From an uncultured bacterium (lineage in GTDB: Bacteria > Planctomycetota > UBA1135 > GCA-002686595), in NCBI GenBank assembly GCA_943787795.1, contig CALSNU010000006.1:192001-256000 (forward strand): a stretch of 64,000 nucleotides of DNA. The letters are read 5' to 3'. Both the position numbers and the translations under genes were made by a program. Below are positions 29,436 through 38,785 of this stretch, in pieces (the first letter of the stretch is position 1; each line of letters starts with the position of its first letter). Under the pieces are notes generated by a model that was not told the DNA's origin, did not search any database, and saw only the letters and a list, made by a program, of their open reading frames with translations.

Positions 29436-30812
29436 ATGGACGCCCGGATGAGCACGCTGCGGACTCGCTTCGAGGAGGCCGGACAGGGTCACGTGCTCGG
29501 TCTCTGGGAGAGCCTCGGCTCCGCCCAGCAAGCAGCCTTCGCGGCCCAGCTTGAGGGCGTCGACCTCGACCTCGTCACGCGCCTGGGTAGCCGCCTCACC
29601 GATGACTCCGAGGCGGACAGCCCGGCGCTCGCCCCTCCGGAGGTCTTCCCCGCCTCGGCGAGCGGGGCGCGCAGCGACGAGCGGAAGAGGGCGATCGCGC
29701 GCGGCGAAGAGCTCCTCGCTGCCGGTCGGGTGGGGTTCGTGCTGGTCGCCGGTGGGCAGGGCTCACGGCTGGGCTTCGACGGACCCAAGGGCGCCTACGA
29801 GATTGGCCCCGTCACCTCCAAGAGCCTCTTTGAGTGGCACGCGGCGCGGATTCAGGCCGCCGGTACGCGGCACGGCTTCAAGCCCCGCTGGTATGTCATG
29901 ACCTCGGCGGCCAACGACGCCGCCACCCGCGCGTTCTTCGACGCACACGGCCACTTCGGCTTCGACCCGGCCGACGTCTTCCTCTTCCAGCAGGACATGC
30001 TCCCCGCCCTGGACCCCGAGGGGAAGATCGTCCTCGCGGCGCCTGGGGAGCTCTTCCTCGCCCCGAACGGGCACGGCGGGACGCTGGCGGCGCTGAAGTC
30101 CTCGGGCGCGCTGGCCGACATGGCCGCGCACGGGATCGACGAGCTGAGCTACTTCCAGGTGGACAACCCCCTCGGCCGGCACGCCGACCCCCTCTTCATC
30201 GGCCTGCACGACCTCGCGGCGGCGGAGATGTCGAGCAAGGTGGTGGCGAAGCGGGATGCGGCGGAGAAGGTGGGGGTCCTCGGGCTCTTGAACGGCGTGC
30301 TCGGGTGCATCGAATACTCCGACCTCTCCGATGACCTGCGCAACGCCACCGACGAGCGTGGCGAGCTCCTGTTCAACGCCGGCAATATCGCAGCCCACGT
30401 CATCCGCCGCGACTTCGTCGAAGCCCTCACCGACGGCGGGGACCTTGACCTCCCATGGCACGTGGCGCGCAAGAACCTCAAGTGCATCTCAGCGGACGGT
30501 CAGCCAGCAGAGCGGCCGGGCGTGAAGTTCGAGACGTTCATCTTCGACGCCCTCGCCAGGACCAGCGCCAGCGTGGTCCTGGAGGTGCTGCGCGAGGAGG
30601 AGTTCAGCCCCGTCAAGAACGCGGAGGGCAACGACTCTCCGGCCACCACGCGGAGCGATCTGACCCGGCTCGCCTGCCAGGTCTCGGGGGCGGAGAGCGC
30701 CGCGATGGAGCTGGATCCCCGCCTCGCAGAGACACCCGCTGAGTTCGCTGCGAACCAGCCCCAGGCCGATGACACCGCGAATGGGGTGGTCTTCAAACCC
30801 GCTCCTCGCTGA
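29436..30812 (+). CDS. UDP-N-acetylglucosamine pyrophosphorylase, eukaryote-like UAP/UDPGP family
   Basis: LVAGGQGSRLGFDGPKG, PNGHGG, VDNPL, IEYSD, KFETFIFD and EFSPVKN. Confidence 0.92.
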   Translation: MDARMSTLRTRFEEAGQGHVLGLWESLGSAQQAAFAAQLEGVDLDLVTRLGSRLTDDSEADSPALAPPEVFPASASGARSDERKRAIARGEELLAAGRVGFVLVAGGQGSRLGFDGPKGAYEIGPVTSKSLFEWHAARIQAAGTRHGFKPRWYVMTSAANDAATRAFFDAHGHFGFDPADVFLFQQDMLPALDPEGKIVLAAPGELFLAPNGHGGTLAALKSSGALADMAAHGIDELSYFQVDNPLGRHADPLFIGLHDLAAAEMSSKVVAKRDAAEKVGVLGLLNGVLGCIEYSDLSDDLRNATDERGELLFNAGNIAAHVIRRDFVEALTDGGDLDLPWHVARKNLKCISADGQPAERPGVKFETFIFDALARTSASVVLEVLREEEFSPVKNAEGNDSPATTRSDLTRLACQVSGAESAAMELDPRLAETPAEFAANQPQADDTANGVVFKPAPR

Positions 30813-31894
30813 TGGCTGCCTGGGAGACCTGGCGCCGCCAGGACGTCAAGGAGCGCCTCACCCGGACGCCCATCACCGTGCTGATGGGCGGACAGAGTGG
30901 TGAGCGAGGCGTCTCACTGACGTCTGGTGGCGCGGTGCTTGCGGCGCTCCGCGACCTCACTGGCCCCTCCTTCGAGGTCTCACCCCCGGTCTTCGAGGTG
31001 GAGATCAACCCTGCCGGCAAGTGGACCCTCGACGGCGCTGCGCTGGAGCCTCAACAGGCCATTGGCAGCCTGCCAGAGGACACGGTCTTCCTGCTCGCGC
31101 TCCACGGCGGAGAGGGCGAGGACGGGACGGTTCAGGGGCTCCTGGACGAAGCCGAGCGCCGATACACCGGAGCGGGGCCGGAGTGCTCTGCCCTGTGCAT
31201 GGACAAGCACCTGAGCCGCGAGGCGGCCTCCCGCGCCGGGGTCCGCGTCGCCGAAGGGGCCCTGGTGACACGAGCCTCCTTCACGGAAGATCGAGCGGGG
31301 GCCCTGTCCAGGGCTCTCGCAGTGCCCGGGCCGGTCCGCTTTGTGAAGCACACCAGCGCAGGCTCGTCGTTCGGGGTGCACCTGTGCCGCGATGATGCGG
31401 CGGTCGAGGCCGCCTGTGACGAGGTGACCGCGAGCGGCGCGGATGTGCTGGTCGAAGCCGAGGTCCGCGGCCTGGAGACCACAGTGGGGGTCATGGGGGA
31501 CGGGAGCGAGGCCTTCGCGCTGCCCGTGGCGGAGATCGTGCCTGGCGAAGGCGGCTTCTTCGACCACGAGCAGAAGTACTCCGCGGATCACGGCGCCGAG
31601 GAGTTCTGTCCTCCCCGCCACCTCTCCGATGACCTCGCGCAGAGGGTCAAGGCGAGGGCCTTGACCGCCTGGGGGTCATTCGGTGGCGCTCGCTATGCCC
31701 GGATCGACTTCATCGTCCCGGCGGAGCGGCGAGGGGACGGCTCCTTTCAGTTGAACGCCGACGCGGAGCCCGTGCTCCTCGAGGCCAACACGCTCCCGGG
31801 CTTCACCCCGCGTTCACTCTTGCCGCTGGCGGCGGCAGCGGACGGCGTCGGGTTCCGGGAACTATGCCTTGAGCTCGTGGCGCGCGCGCTCTGA
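30812..31894 (+). CDS. ddl: D-alanine--D-alanine ligase
   Basis: GGQSGERGVSL, LHGGEGEDG, MDK, GSSFGV, RIDF and LEANTLPGFT; TGATG overlap with UAP. Confidence 0.92.
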   Translation: MAAWETWRRQDVKERLTRTPITVLMGGQSGERGVSLTSGGAVLAALRDLTGPSFEVSPPVFEVEINPAGKWTLDGAALEPQQAIGSLPEDTVFLLALHGGEGEDGTVQGLLDEAERRYTGAGPECSALCMDKHLSREAASRAGVRVAEGALVTRASFTEDRAGALSRALAVPGPVRFVKHTSAGSSFGVHLCRDDAAVEAACDEVTASGADVLVEAEVRGLETTVGVMGDGSEAFALPVAEIVPGEGGFFDHEQKYSADHGAEEFCPPRHLSDDLAQRVKARALTAWGSFGGARYARIDFIVPAERRGDGSFQLNADAEPVLLEANTLPGFTPRSLLPLAAAADGVGFRELCLELVARAL

Positions 31895-32051
31895 GCTCCA
31901 CGGGAGCGTCCACGGATCACGTCGGGCAGGCTCCGCGCCGCGCTGATCCGTTGCCTGGGAGCGAGCCCACTCGTCCATGGGGCGCGACCCCGCACCCCTC
32001 TTCCGGCCACCTTCGTCGCGGCGGCGCGGCCCTGCGCGCCTCCCGAAGGCC

Positions 32052-32100
32052 CGGCTGGTACCGATAGCTCGGCTGGTACCGATAGCTCGGGTGGTACCGA
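32052..32100 (-). repeat. 18-bp tandem repeats that duplicate the tRNA-Leu 3' end (TCGGTACCA)
   Basis: cggctggtaccgatagct at 32052 and 32070; the third partial unit cgggtggtaccga contains the tRNA acceptor end itself. Confidence 0.9.
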
Positions 32101-32178
32101 AGGTGGGACTCGAACCCACACGCCCTTGCGGGCAACGGATTTTGAATCCGTCGCGTCTACCGATTCCGCCACTCCGGC
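32092..32178 (-). tRNA. tRNA-Leu (anticodon CAA), CCA encoded
   Basis: gccggagtggcggaatcggtagacgcg-acgga-ttCAAaa-tccgt-long variable arm-gtggg-ttcgagt-cccac-cttcggta-cca. Confidence 0.97.
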
Positions 32179-32414
32179 CCTTGCTAGGCAGGAGAATACC
32201 GTCTCCGGCCCCTCGGCGCTGCTTCTCGTCCAAGAGCGCCTGAGGAGCCCCTCCTGATTCCGGAGGGGCGCGAAGGTCGTGGGCCCTGGAGACGAGGCGC
32301 CCGAGCCCCGCCGTCTCCTTCCAGGCCGAGGCTCGTCGGCGGAGAGGCTGACCCGACAGGTGGAGCGCGCCCAGGCATCCCGTCGCCCCTCACCGCCTGC
32401 TGGATGGCTCTTCA

Positions 32415-32493
32415 GTGCCCCCTTGACGGTGCCCCCCCTTGACGGTGCCCCCTTTGACGGTGCCCCCTTCACGGTGCCCCCCTTCACGGTGCC
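32415..32493. repeat. Five 14-16-bp tandem repeats gtg(c)5-7tt(g/c)acg
   Basis: Units differ mainly in C-run length (one has an extra T); they lie between the divergent tRNA-Leu and 32706 genes. Confidence 0.88.
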
Positions 32494-32705
32494 ACCGGGT
32501 CTCCCGGGCTTCCCTCGACCCTCTTCCGCCGAGCCTCTTCCCTCAAGCCTCTTCCGCCGGGCCTCCTCCCAGAGCGCCCTCCAGGGTCCTGAGACCCGGA
32601 CGCCATTCGCTGAGCTCATCTCCATGGCTCCCCTCTCCACCGAGCTACGAGGGGCCCCTGCATGGGGGATGGGCCGGCCGGGGCGCAACTCGCTAGGCTC
32701 TTGGC

Positions 32706-33308
32706 ATGACAGCCTGGTCTGCCCAGTCCGTGCCCCGCGCGCTGCTCCCCGTCCTCATCCACGAGATGAACAACGGCACCCAGCTCCTCGTGGGGTTTCG
32801 ATCGCTCCTGGATATCCCCGGGGGCGAGGTGCTCTTCGCCCAGAAGGCCGGAGAGTTGGCCCAGGGTTCGAGCAAGCTGGAGGACCTCGGCTTCGCGCTC
32901 GCCGTGGTCTCCACCTCGAGCGGCGCCAACATGCTCCTCGCCCGCCGCGAGCGCAGGGCGGTCCAGATCCTGTGGGACCTCGCCGTCCGCACCCTGGAAC
33001 GCTCCGGGGAGCACCGCGTGCACACCCAGGGGGACCCGCCTGAGCTGGCCCCCTCGGCGCTGTCCGGCTGGGAGGTGCCCTGGGCCGGCGCGGCGCTTCT
33101 GCTCCACGCATCCGAGGCCATGGGCGCCGGGGATTGGCGCTGGCGCTGGGAGGGCGGTCGGCTGACCGGGCGTCTGGGACGGCCCGTCGAGCTCGACGCA
33201 GCCGACCTGGCGGCGATCCTCGAGCGGGTGCCCGGGAGCCAGCTGTGCGTCGAGGGAGAGACCCTCACCTGGGATCTCGCCCCGGACTGGGTCGCGGCCC
33301 CCGCCTGA
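32706..33308 (+). CDS. Hypothetical protein with a HisKA-like H-box (ChpT-like phosphotransferase candidate)
   Basis: LIHEMNNGTQLL near the N-terminus; no recognisable N/G1/G2 boxes; 200 aa; no TM helix. Confidence 0.6.
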   Translation: MTAWSAQSVPRALLPVLIHEMNNGTQLLVGFRSLLDIPGGEVLFAQKAGELAQGSSKLEDLGFALAVVSTSSGANMLLARRERRAVQILWDLAVRTLERSGEHRVHTQGDPPELAPSALSGWEVPWAGAALLLHASEAMGAGDWRWRWEGGRLTGRLGRPVELDAADLAAILERVPGSQLCVEGETLTWDLAPDWVAAPA

Positions 33309-33508
33309 GGTTTGCCTCCAGCGCACCGGAGCCCTGGCGCAGGGTCCCGCGCCCACGTCACGGCGCACCGGACCGCCCCGGCCGCCCAAACAGGCACAGC
33401 CTCAGGGGCGCCGGCCTCCGCACTCCTGAGCCGCAGCCGGACCAGGACCAGGATCAGGACCTCCCTCAGCCAGCTGATGGCTGGTGAGCTGCCCCGGCCC
33501 GGGGGGTG

Positions 33509-34231
33509 CTACCGGACCCTGGCGGCGGACTGCTGCGACTTTCGCCGACGACTCTCCTCGTCCGCCTGCTCTCGAAGCCGCCTCTCACGGAGTCGGCTGT
33601 CCTCCTGCTGACGCCGCAGGTCCTCCTTGTCCGCCTCCTGCATGTGGGAGTCGTGGACGTGCCCCCAGGGGTCGACGATGGTCTCGGCGGCCTGGGCGTT
33701 GAGCAGGATGTGGCTCTTTCGGGAGAGGTTATCGAGCATGGTCGCGCTCGCGCTCCCGCGCATGGTCGTGGAGGCCCAGTCCGCCGTGGCGAGTGACGTG
33801 AGCATCAGGAGCAGCACGCAGTGCACCACCAAGCCCGTGACCGCGCCCGCCATGCCGCCGCCGAGGCGATCCATGGGGCCGAGCTGGACGGCCTCCAGCG
33901 CCCGCTTGCCGATCATGCCGATGAAGGCCATCACCAGCAGTGACGCCAGGAACACGAGGAACCAGACGATGCCTTCACAGGCCCTGATCGACAGGTTCAG
34001 GATGGACTGGAACTTGGGCGCCACCTCAGGGGAGAGGGTCCGTGCGATGTACACGGCGAGCAGCATCCCCAGGAGCCGGGTCATCTGCCAGACCAGCCCG
34101 TGCTTGATCCCGAGGACCAGGAAGAGGGCCACGATGCCCAGCCCGACCCAGTCGATCCAGGGCGTCCCATCCAGAGCTCCGGCGGTGGACCCCGCGGCGC
34201 CCGATGCCTGTTGAAGGATTGCTAAAACCAT
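33509..34231 (-). CDS. cvpA: CvpA (colicin V production) family membrane protein
   Basis: WIDWVGLGIVALFLVLGIKHGLV, DRLGGGMAGAVTG; four TM helices; GGAGG before ATG 34231. Confidence 0.85.
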   Translation of the reverse strand: MVLAILQQASGAAGSTAGALDGTPWIDWVGLGIVALFLVLGIKHGLVWQMTRLLGMLLAVYIARTLSPEVAPKFQSILNLSIRACEGIVWFLVFLASLLVMAFIGMIGKRALEAVQLGPMDRLGGGMAGAVTGLVVHCVLLLMLTSLATADWASTTMRGSASATMLDNLSRKSHILLNAQAAETIVDPWGHVHDSHMQEADKEDLRRQQEDSRLRERRLREQADEESRRRKSQQSAARVR

Positions 34232-34383
34232 GATTGCCTCCATGGCGACATCGGCCGCGCTCCCCGGGATCTGGCCCGGATTTGTGCGGGAATCGACGGG
34301 CCGGCGGCCACCCGCCGTGCCGGGCTCAGGATCTGGCCTGCCGCCCCCGGTCAAGGGCCGCTTTGCTTGATAGGGTCCCCGCT

Positions 34384-36246
34384 ATGACCCTCGCCCCTTC
34401 CACCATAGACCGCTGCCTGGAGGTTCTGGGCGCCCTTGTCCGCAGCCTCCCCGACCTCAACGCCGAGTTCGAGGGGAGCGTCGAGACCTTCTTCCAGGGC
34501 GGTCAGCCTGGCGCCGCCGGCGACCCCCGGGAGACCCTCCTCGCGGCCCGCAGGCACCTGGAGTGGTTCCTCCTCGAGCACCACAGCGCCGCACTGCGGG
34601 GGAGCGTGGCAGAGAAGCTGGCCCCGGCTTATGGAGAGGCGGTGGCCGCTCGACTCGTCGACGAGGATGACGCCGATCAGCAGGTCGCCGCGCTCGGCGC
34701 CGCCCTGGAGTCTCTGCTGCGATCCCACACGGGCGTCTTCGAGGCCGAGGCGACCGGCGCCGAGGAGGCCGTCTGGGCGCGTGACCTCGGCGGCTTCGGG
34801 ACCTACGCGCTCATGACCCAGGGCCTCGAGGGTCGCCTGCGCCACGGAGACCTCCTCGTCGGCCGGCTCTATCCAGCGGGCGACGGGGGGAACATCGCGT
34901 CGCCGACCATCGCCATCGTCCGGAGCCCGGAGATCGGCGCCGCGCTGACCCGCGACCTGGCCAGGGTTCGTGAGGAGAGCGCGGTGAACGTGCTCCGGAT
35001 CGGCCAGCGTGACCTGGAGGCCATGTTCTTCGCCAGCGAGGCGCGGGGCCAGGCGCCGACCCCTACGCCAGTCGATGCTGCGCCAGCCGTCGACCGCGAC
35101 CAGGCCACCGCAGAGCCCGTGGGAGACCCGAGGCAGGAGGCGCTCCAGGCCCTCCTCGCAGCCGGGCTCGGGGAGGCCATGGCCCGCGAGGCGTTGAGCG
35201 TTCTCTCCAGCGCACCCCGAGACCCCGCCCGCCTGGTCCACGGTCTCGAGGATCCCATGGCACAGGTCATGGAGACCCTGGCCTTCGAGTCCGACATCGA
35301 CCTGGGGGAGGCCCGAGGCGCGCTCATCCGCGCCTGGGACCTCATCAGTCCCGCCCCGGGCGAGGCGGCGCAGACCGGCGCTCCACGCGGCACCTCCGAG
35401 GTCGCCGCCGACGGCGCGGACGAACCCGCCGGAGCACTGGACCGCACCCAGGCGGTGGAGGCCTTTGCGCGCGGACGGGAGCGCGGAGAGGACGCCGCCA
35501 CGTTGCTCCAGAAACTGGAGGAGGACCTCGGTATCGACGGGGGCGGCGCGGGTGGAGAGGGCCCGAGCGAGGACGACCCTGAGGCCCCCGCGCCGGACTT
35601 CCCCGGGGTCGTCGGGGCCATGGTGGACGAGATGCGCTGGGAGCTCCAGACCACACGAGAGAGCTTCGATGTGGCCAGCCTTGACCCGCTCCAGCACCTG
35701 GCGGCCTTCGCCCGCCCGATCGGCGTCTTCGAGGAGCTGAAGGGACGAGACCTGTTCCAGTTCGCCACCTTCTGGCTCCAGGAGACCGGAGCGCTCGGCA
35801 GCGATGCAGAAGCCGCAGCCCTCGTCGCCGCGCTGCGAGAGTTCTGTGAGTGGGCGCTCGACGCCCATGAGGTGGACCTTGGGTCCGAATTCCTCGACGC
35901 ACTGGACGGACTGGAGACGTCGCTTCCGCGTCTGCGCCGGGCCAATAGCGCCCTCGCCAGCGGGCGGGGAGACCGCGCCGGCGCCCCTGACGGGCCCTCC
36001 TCCGAAGGCGAGGGCGAGGGCTACACATTGCTCTCCATGGATGGGGCCCAGCCCGGCGACTTCGAGTCGTCCGGCGATCGACTGCGACCCCGGGGCGGCG
36101 GTGAGGCGCTCACGGTGATCCTCCCGGAGATCCTCCGCCCTCACCTCGAGCCCGGCGACCTGCTCCGCGCCGTGATCTCGCTGGAGGGCAACGCGATCGT
36201 CTACTGCTGCTACCCTCCCGAGGCGCGCTCCCTGATGGGGGACTGA
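34384..36246 (+). CDS. Hypothetical acidic cytoplasmic protein
   Basis: 620-aa ORF with normal high-GC codon use; HLEWFLLE, GVFEAE and GDLLVGRLYP segments; no function recognised. Confidence 0.75.
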   Translation: MTLAPSTIDRCLEVLGALVRSLPDLNAEFEGSVETFFQGGQPGAAGDPRETLLAARRHLEWFLLEHHSAALRGSVAEKLAPAYGEAVAARLVDEDDADQQVAALGAALESLLRSHTGVFEAEATGAEEAVWARDLGGFGTYALMTQGLEGRLRHGDLLVGRLYPAGDGGNIASPTIAIVRSPEIGAALTRDLARVREESAVNVLRIGQRDLEAMFFASEARGQAPTPTPVDAAPAVDRDQATAEPVGDPRQEALQALLAAGLGEAMAREALSVLSSAPRDPARLVHGLEDPMAQVMETLAFESDIDLGEARGALIRAWDLISPAPGEAAQTGAPRGTSEVAADGADEPAGALDRTQAVEAFARGRERGEDAATLLQKLEEDLGIDGGGAGGEGPSEDDPEAPAPDFPGVVGAMVDEMRWELQTTRESFDVASLDPLQHLAAFARPIGVFEELKGRDLFQFATFWLQETGALGSDAEAAALVAALREFCEWALDAHEVDLGSEFLDALDGLETSLPRLRRANSALASGRGDRAGAPDGPSSEGEGEGYTLLSMDGAQPGDFESSGDRLRPRGGGEALTVILPEILRPHLEPGDLLRAVISLEGNAIVYCCYPPEARSLMGD

Positions 36247-36388
36247 GCTCCCCCAGCTCGGCGAGGGGCCTCTGGCGAAGACCGAAGGGGGCCCCCTGCC
36301 GCGCCCCTGGCAGAGACCCAGAGGTGAGACCCAGAGGTGAGCGATCAGGCCTGAAGATCGGCCCCGACTCGCGCGGCAGCTGGCGGCC

Positions 36389-37039
36389 TCAGCGCGGCGC
36401 GCTTCGAACGGGGATGAGGATCTCGCAGATCAGGCGACCTTCGGGAACATCCGGCCCGGGCGACACGTGGTAGATCTCCTGGATGGGGCCGTTCCGCTCC
36501 CAGTTCATGCGGCCCATGTAACGGAAGAGCAGCGGATAGGCACGCTGCGCTCCCGGATAGGGTCCGGACACGCAGGCGTGGACCGCGGTCCCGCCCGGCA
36601 GTGAGTCCACGAAGAGCGGCTGCCTCGACTCCTGGGGCCGCTCGAGCTCGATACCGACCCGCGCCCGGAGCTCCTGGACTGGCTTTCCGGAGCCTGGGTC
36701 GTCGTAGAACAGGCAGAAGGGCGAGGCATTGGGCGCGATGCGCAGACCCTGCTGCTGGGCCTCGGCGATGAGCGGACGGATATAGCTGCCGGTCCTGCGA
36801 TAATCGCCAAGGACCTCCATATAGACGTAGCTCCCGCCCCGCGTCTCGAGCCAGTTCGGGCGAAACGTCTCCTCCCGGAATGGGGGATGGGAGACCTCGG
36901 TGGGCGGAATCCAGCCGTCCACCACAGGGCGCGAGCTGATGCTGGCCTGGCTCGAGGCGCCGGGCGTGCAGGCCGAGAGAGACAGCAGGATGAGCCCGAG
37001 GCCGGGGACGAGGCCCCGCCGGAGTGATTGTCGCGCCAT
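36389..37039 (-). CDS. GyrI-like small-molecule-binding lipoprotein
   Basis: Lipobox LSAC; GDY, PFCLFYDDP, LPGG...VSGPY and PIQEIYH...EILIPV. Confidence 0.82.
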   Translation of the reverse strand: MARQSLRRGLVPGLGLILLSLSACTPGASSQASISSRPVVDGWIPPTEVSHPPFREETFRPNWLETRGGSYVYMEVLGDYRRTGSYIRPLIAEAQQQGLRIAPNASPFCLFYDDPGSGKPVQELRARVGIELERPQESRQPLFVDSLPGGTAVHACVSGPYPGAQRAYPLLFRYMGRMNWERNGPIQEIYHVSPGPDVPEGRLICEILIPVRSAPR

Positions 37040-37286
37040 GGCTGATTGGAGTTGGGACGAGGTTCGTGCCACGCCTAGGCATCGGCCCGAATGGGAATGC
37101 ACTGGCCCGCAATCCCGCGGGGCCGGCGGCTTGGCGGTCGCCCGGGGCGATGCGGTGCGAAGCATGGGCGGCAGGCAGCGTGGACTGGACCGCCAAGGCA
37201 GCGCGGCGTGCCCGCCCACGGACACGGCAGCAGGCGTCGGGGGTGAGGTCCCAAAACGCCCTGGCGCACCCAAGGGCGCACCCCTT

Positions 37287-37314
37287 GCTTCGGATAATGT
37301 ATGTTATGTACCAC
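37287..37314 (+). other. Candidate dif site (XerC/XerD chromosome dimer resolution)
   Basis: GCTTCGGATAA-TGTATG-TTATGTACCAC versus E. coli GGTGCGCATAA-TGTATA-TTATGTTAAAT; an isolated AT-rich intergenic island. Confidence 0.75.
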
Positions 37315-37721
37315 ATAGGATGGGCCGGGGAGCGCTTACCAGGAAGCGATCATCGACCCTGAGGTCGATTGCGCCCGCGCCCCTGTTGAGCATCGTCGCG
37401 GCAACGCCGAACCGCACGGGCCTGGCCTCACCGACGCGCAGTCGTCCTCTCGCCGGCACGGGCCCTTGCGCGAGCGGGTCCCTTGAGACCTGCGCGAGCA
37501 GGTCCCTTGAAAGAAGTCGAGCAGACACCGCTCCCCAGGCGACGAGACGCAACTCGGGCTCAACCCGTGCAGGCCGCGGCCCGGCACCCCGAGAAAGCCA
37601 AGCGTCGCCCCGGCTCAGATCGCCGCCCGTCCCGGGGCATGGACCAGCGGAGCCATCACCTCGGTGGCAGCTGCGGCGGCGCCGGTGGCTTCACCCGGGA
37701 GCTCGCTCCGCTCGCCAACGA

Positions 37722-37982
37722 TCAGTTCGGTGAGCCGCCAAAGTCCGGACCCGGCGAGCCCGGCGCCCCGGGTCCCATCGGGCCTGCGGGCCCCGGTCCG
37801 TCCTCACGCGGCAGGTGGCTGTCCAACATCCGCCGGAAGTCGAACGCGGAGTCTCCGAGGTGCGACGCCAGCCAGATGAAGTAGCAATCGACCGGATCCA
37901 CGGCGTCCTCCACGGGGAACGCGGCCTTGCACGTCAGGTCGCAGGGGCGCTCCTTATCGATGAAACACTTCTTGGTAGCCAC
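37722..37982 (-). CDS. Small Cys-containing hypothetical protein (86 aa)
   Basis: GTG start; MATKKCFIDKERPCDLTCKAAFPVEDAVDPVDCYFIWL... with a Gly/Pro tail; it is the 3' part of track ORF 37722..38444. Confidence 0.65.
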   Translation of the reverse strand: MATKKCFIDKERPCDLTCKAAFPVEDAVDPVDCYFIWLASHLGDSAFDFRRMLDSHLPREDGPGPAGPMGPGAPGSPGPDFGGSPN

Positions 37983-38131
37983 ACGCCCCTTATACCCGCC
38001 CGGAGCGGCTGAGCCGTAGCGCTGAAGGCGTGCTTCCTTCGCGAGCCGCTCGCGCCCCTTCGGCCACGCCCGGCCTGCAGGTCCGCCGCCGTTCCGGTCC
38101 AGCCCCGCTGCCCGGGCGACCCGGGGCCCCG

Positions 38132-38785
38132 TCAGACGCCCAGGCGGACGAGCCTTGGAGAACGCCCCGGCGACCCCAGCGACCCGGGCGACGATTGCGA
38201 CCCTGACGGCCAGGAGAGCTCGCAGATGCCGCCAGGAGGCAGCCCGACCTGGGAAGAGCGCTCCATGGGCAATCCGAGGCACGCCGCAAGAGCGCTGCGG
38301 ACGACCCAAAGATGAGCGACGACCGCGACCGTGCCCCCGGGAAAGCGCGCCGCGAGCTCCTCGAACACCGGGACGGTCCTTGTGGCCAGGGCCGCGGGCG
38401 ACTCGCCTCCGGGCGCCTGTATCGCGCCACGTGCAGCGGTCCATCGACCCATGGCCTCGGGAAAAACCTCCGTGAGCTCGGTGATCCGGCGACCGGCCCA
38501 GTCGCCCCGGTCCAGCTCGGTCAGGCGAGGGTCGTCCTCGCGCTCAACGCCAACGCGACTGGCGCGGATCAACGCCGCGGCGGCCTCGGCTCGCTGGAGC
38601 CCCGAGCTCAGCACGGCATCCAGATGCTCCCGCTCGAGGCGCTCTGCAACCAGCGCGGACTGCTCGAGACCGCGATCGGACAGGGGCACATCCAGGCGCC
38701 CGTAGATCGTCCCGCGCCAGCGCGCCTCGACTTCTCCGTGCCGAACGAGGATCAAGCGCAGGGAAGGTGGGGAGGTGAAGCTCAT
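38132..38785 (-). CDS. Histidine phosphatase (phosphoglycerate mutase/CobC-like) family protein
   Basis: LILVRHGE, SSGLQRA, LTELDRGDW, PGGES and VVAH. Confidence 0.9.
   Translation of the reverse strand: MSFTSPPSLRLILVRHGEVEARWRGTIYGRLDVPLSDRGLEQSALVAERLEREHLDAVLSSGLQRAEAAAALIRASRVGVEREDDPRLTELDRGDWAGRRITELTEVFPEAMGRWTAARGAIQAPGGESPAALATRTVPVFEELAARFPGGTVAVVAHLWVVRSALAACLGLPMERSSQVGLPPGGICELSWPSGSQSSPGSLGSPGRSPRLVRLGV

Noticed and set aside
31900..32178. Genomic island integrated at tRNA-Leu
   Set aside because: No integrase or cargo; ddl lies directly downstream.
32415..32493. Short repeat arrays (also 17617 and 19801) as CRISPR
   Set aside because: Units are contiguous, 14-23 bp long and have no unique spacers.
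37287..37314. Resemblance to loxP (cttcg.ataatgtatg.tat)
   Set aside because: The 13-bp inverted arm is missing; the TTATGT right arm fits dif, and nothing else looks synthetic.
38132..38785. Naming the phosphatase cobC or gpmB
   Set aside because: Only family-level motifs and no cobalamin gene context.
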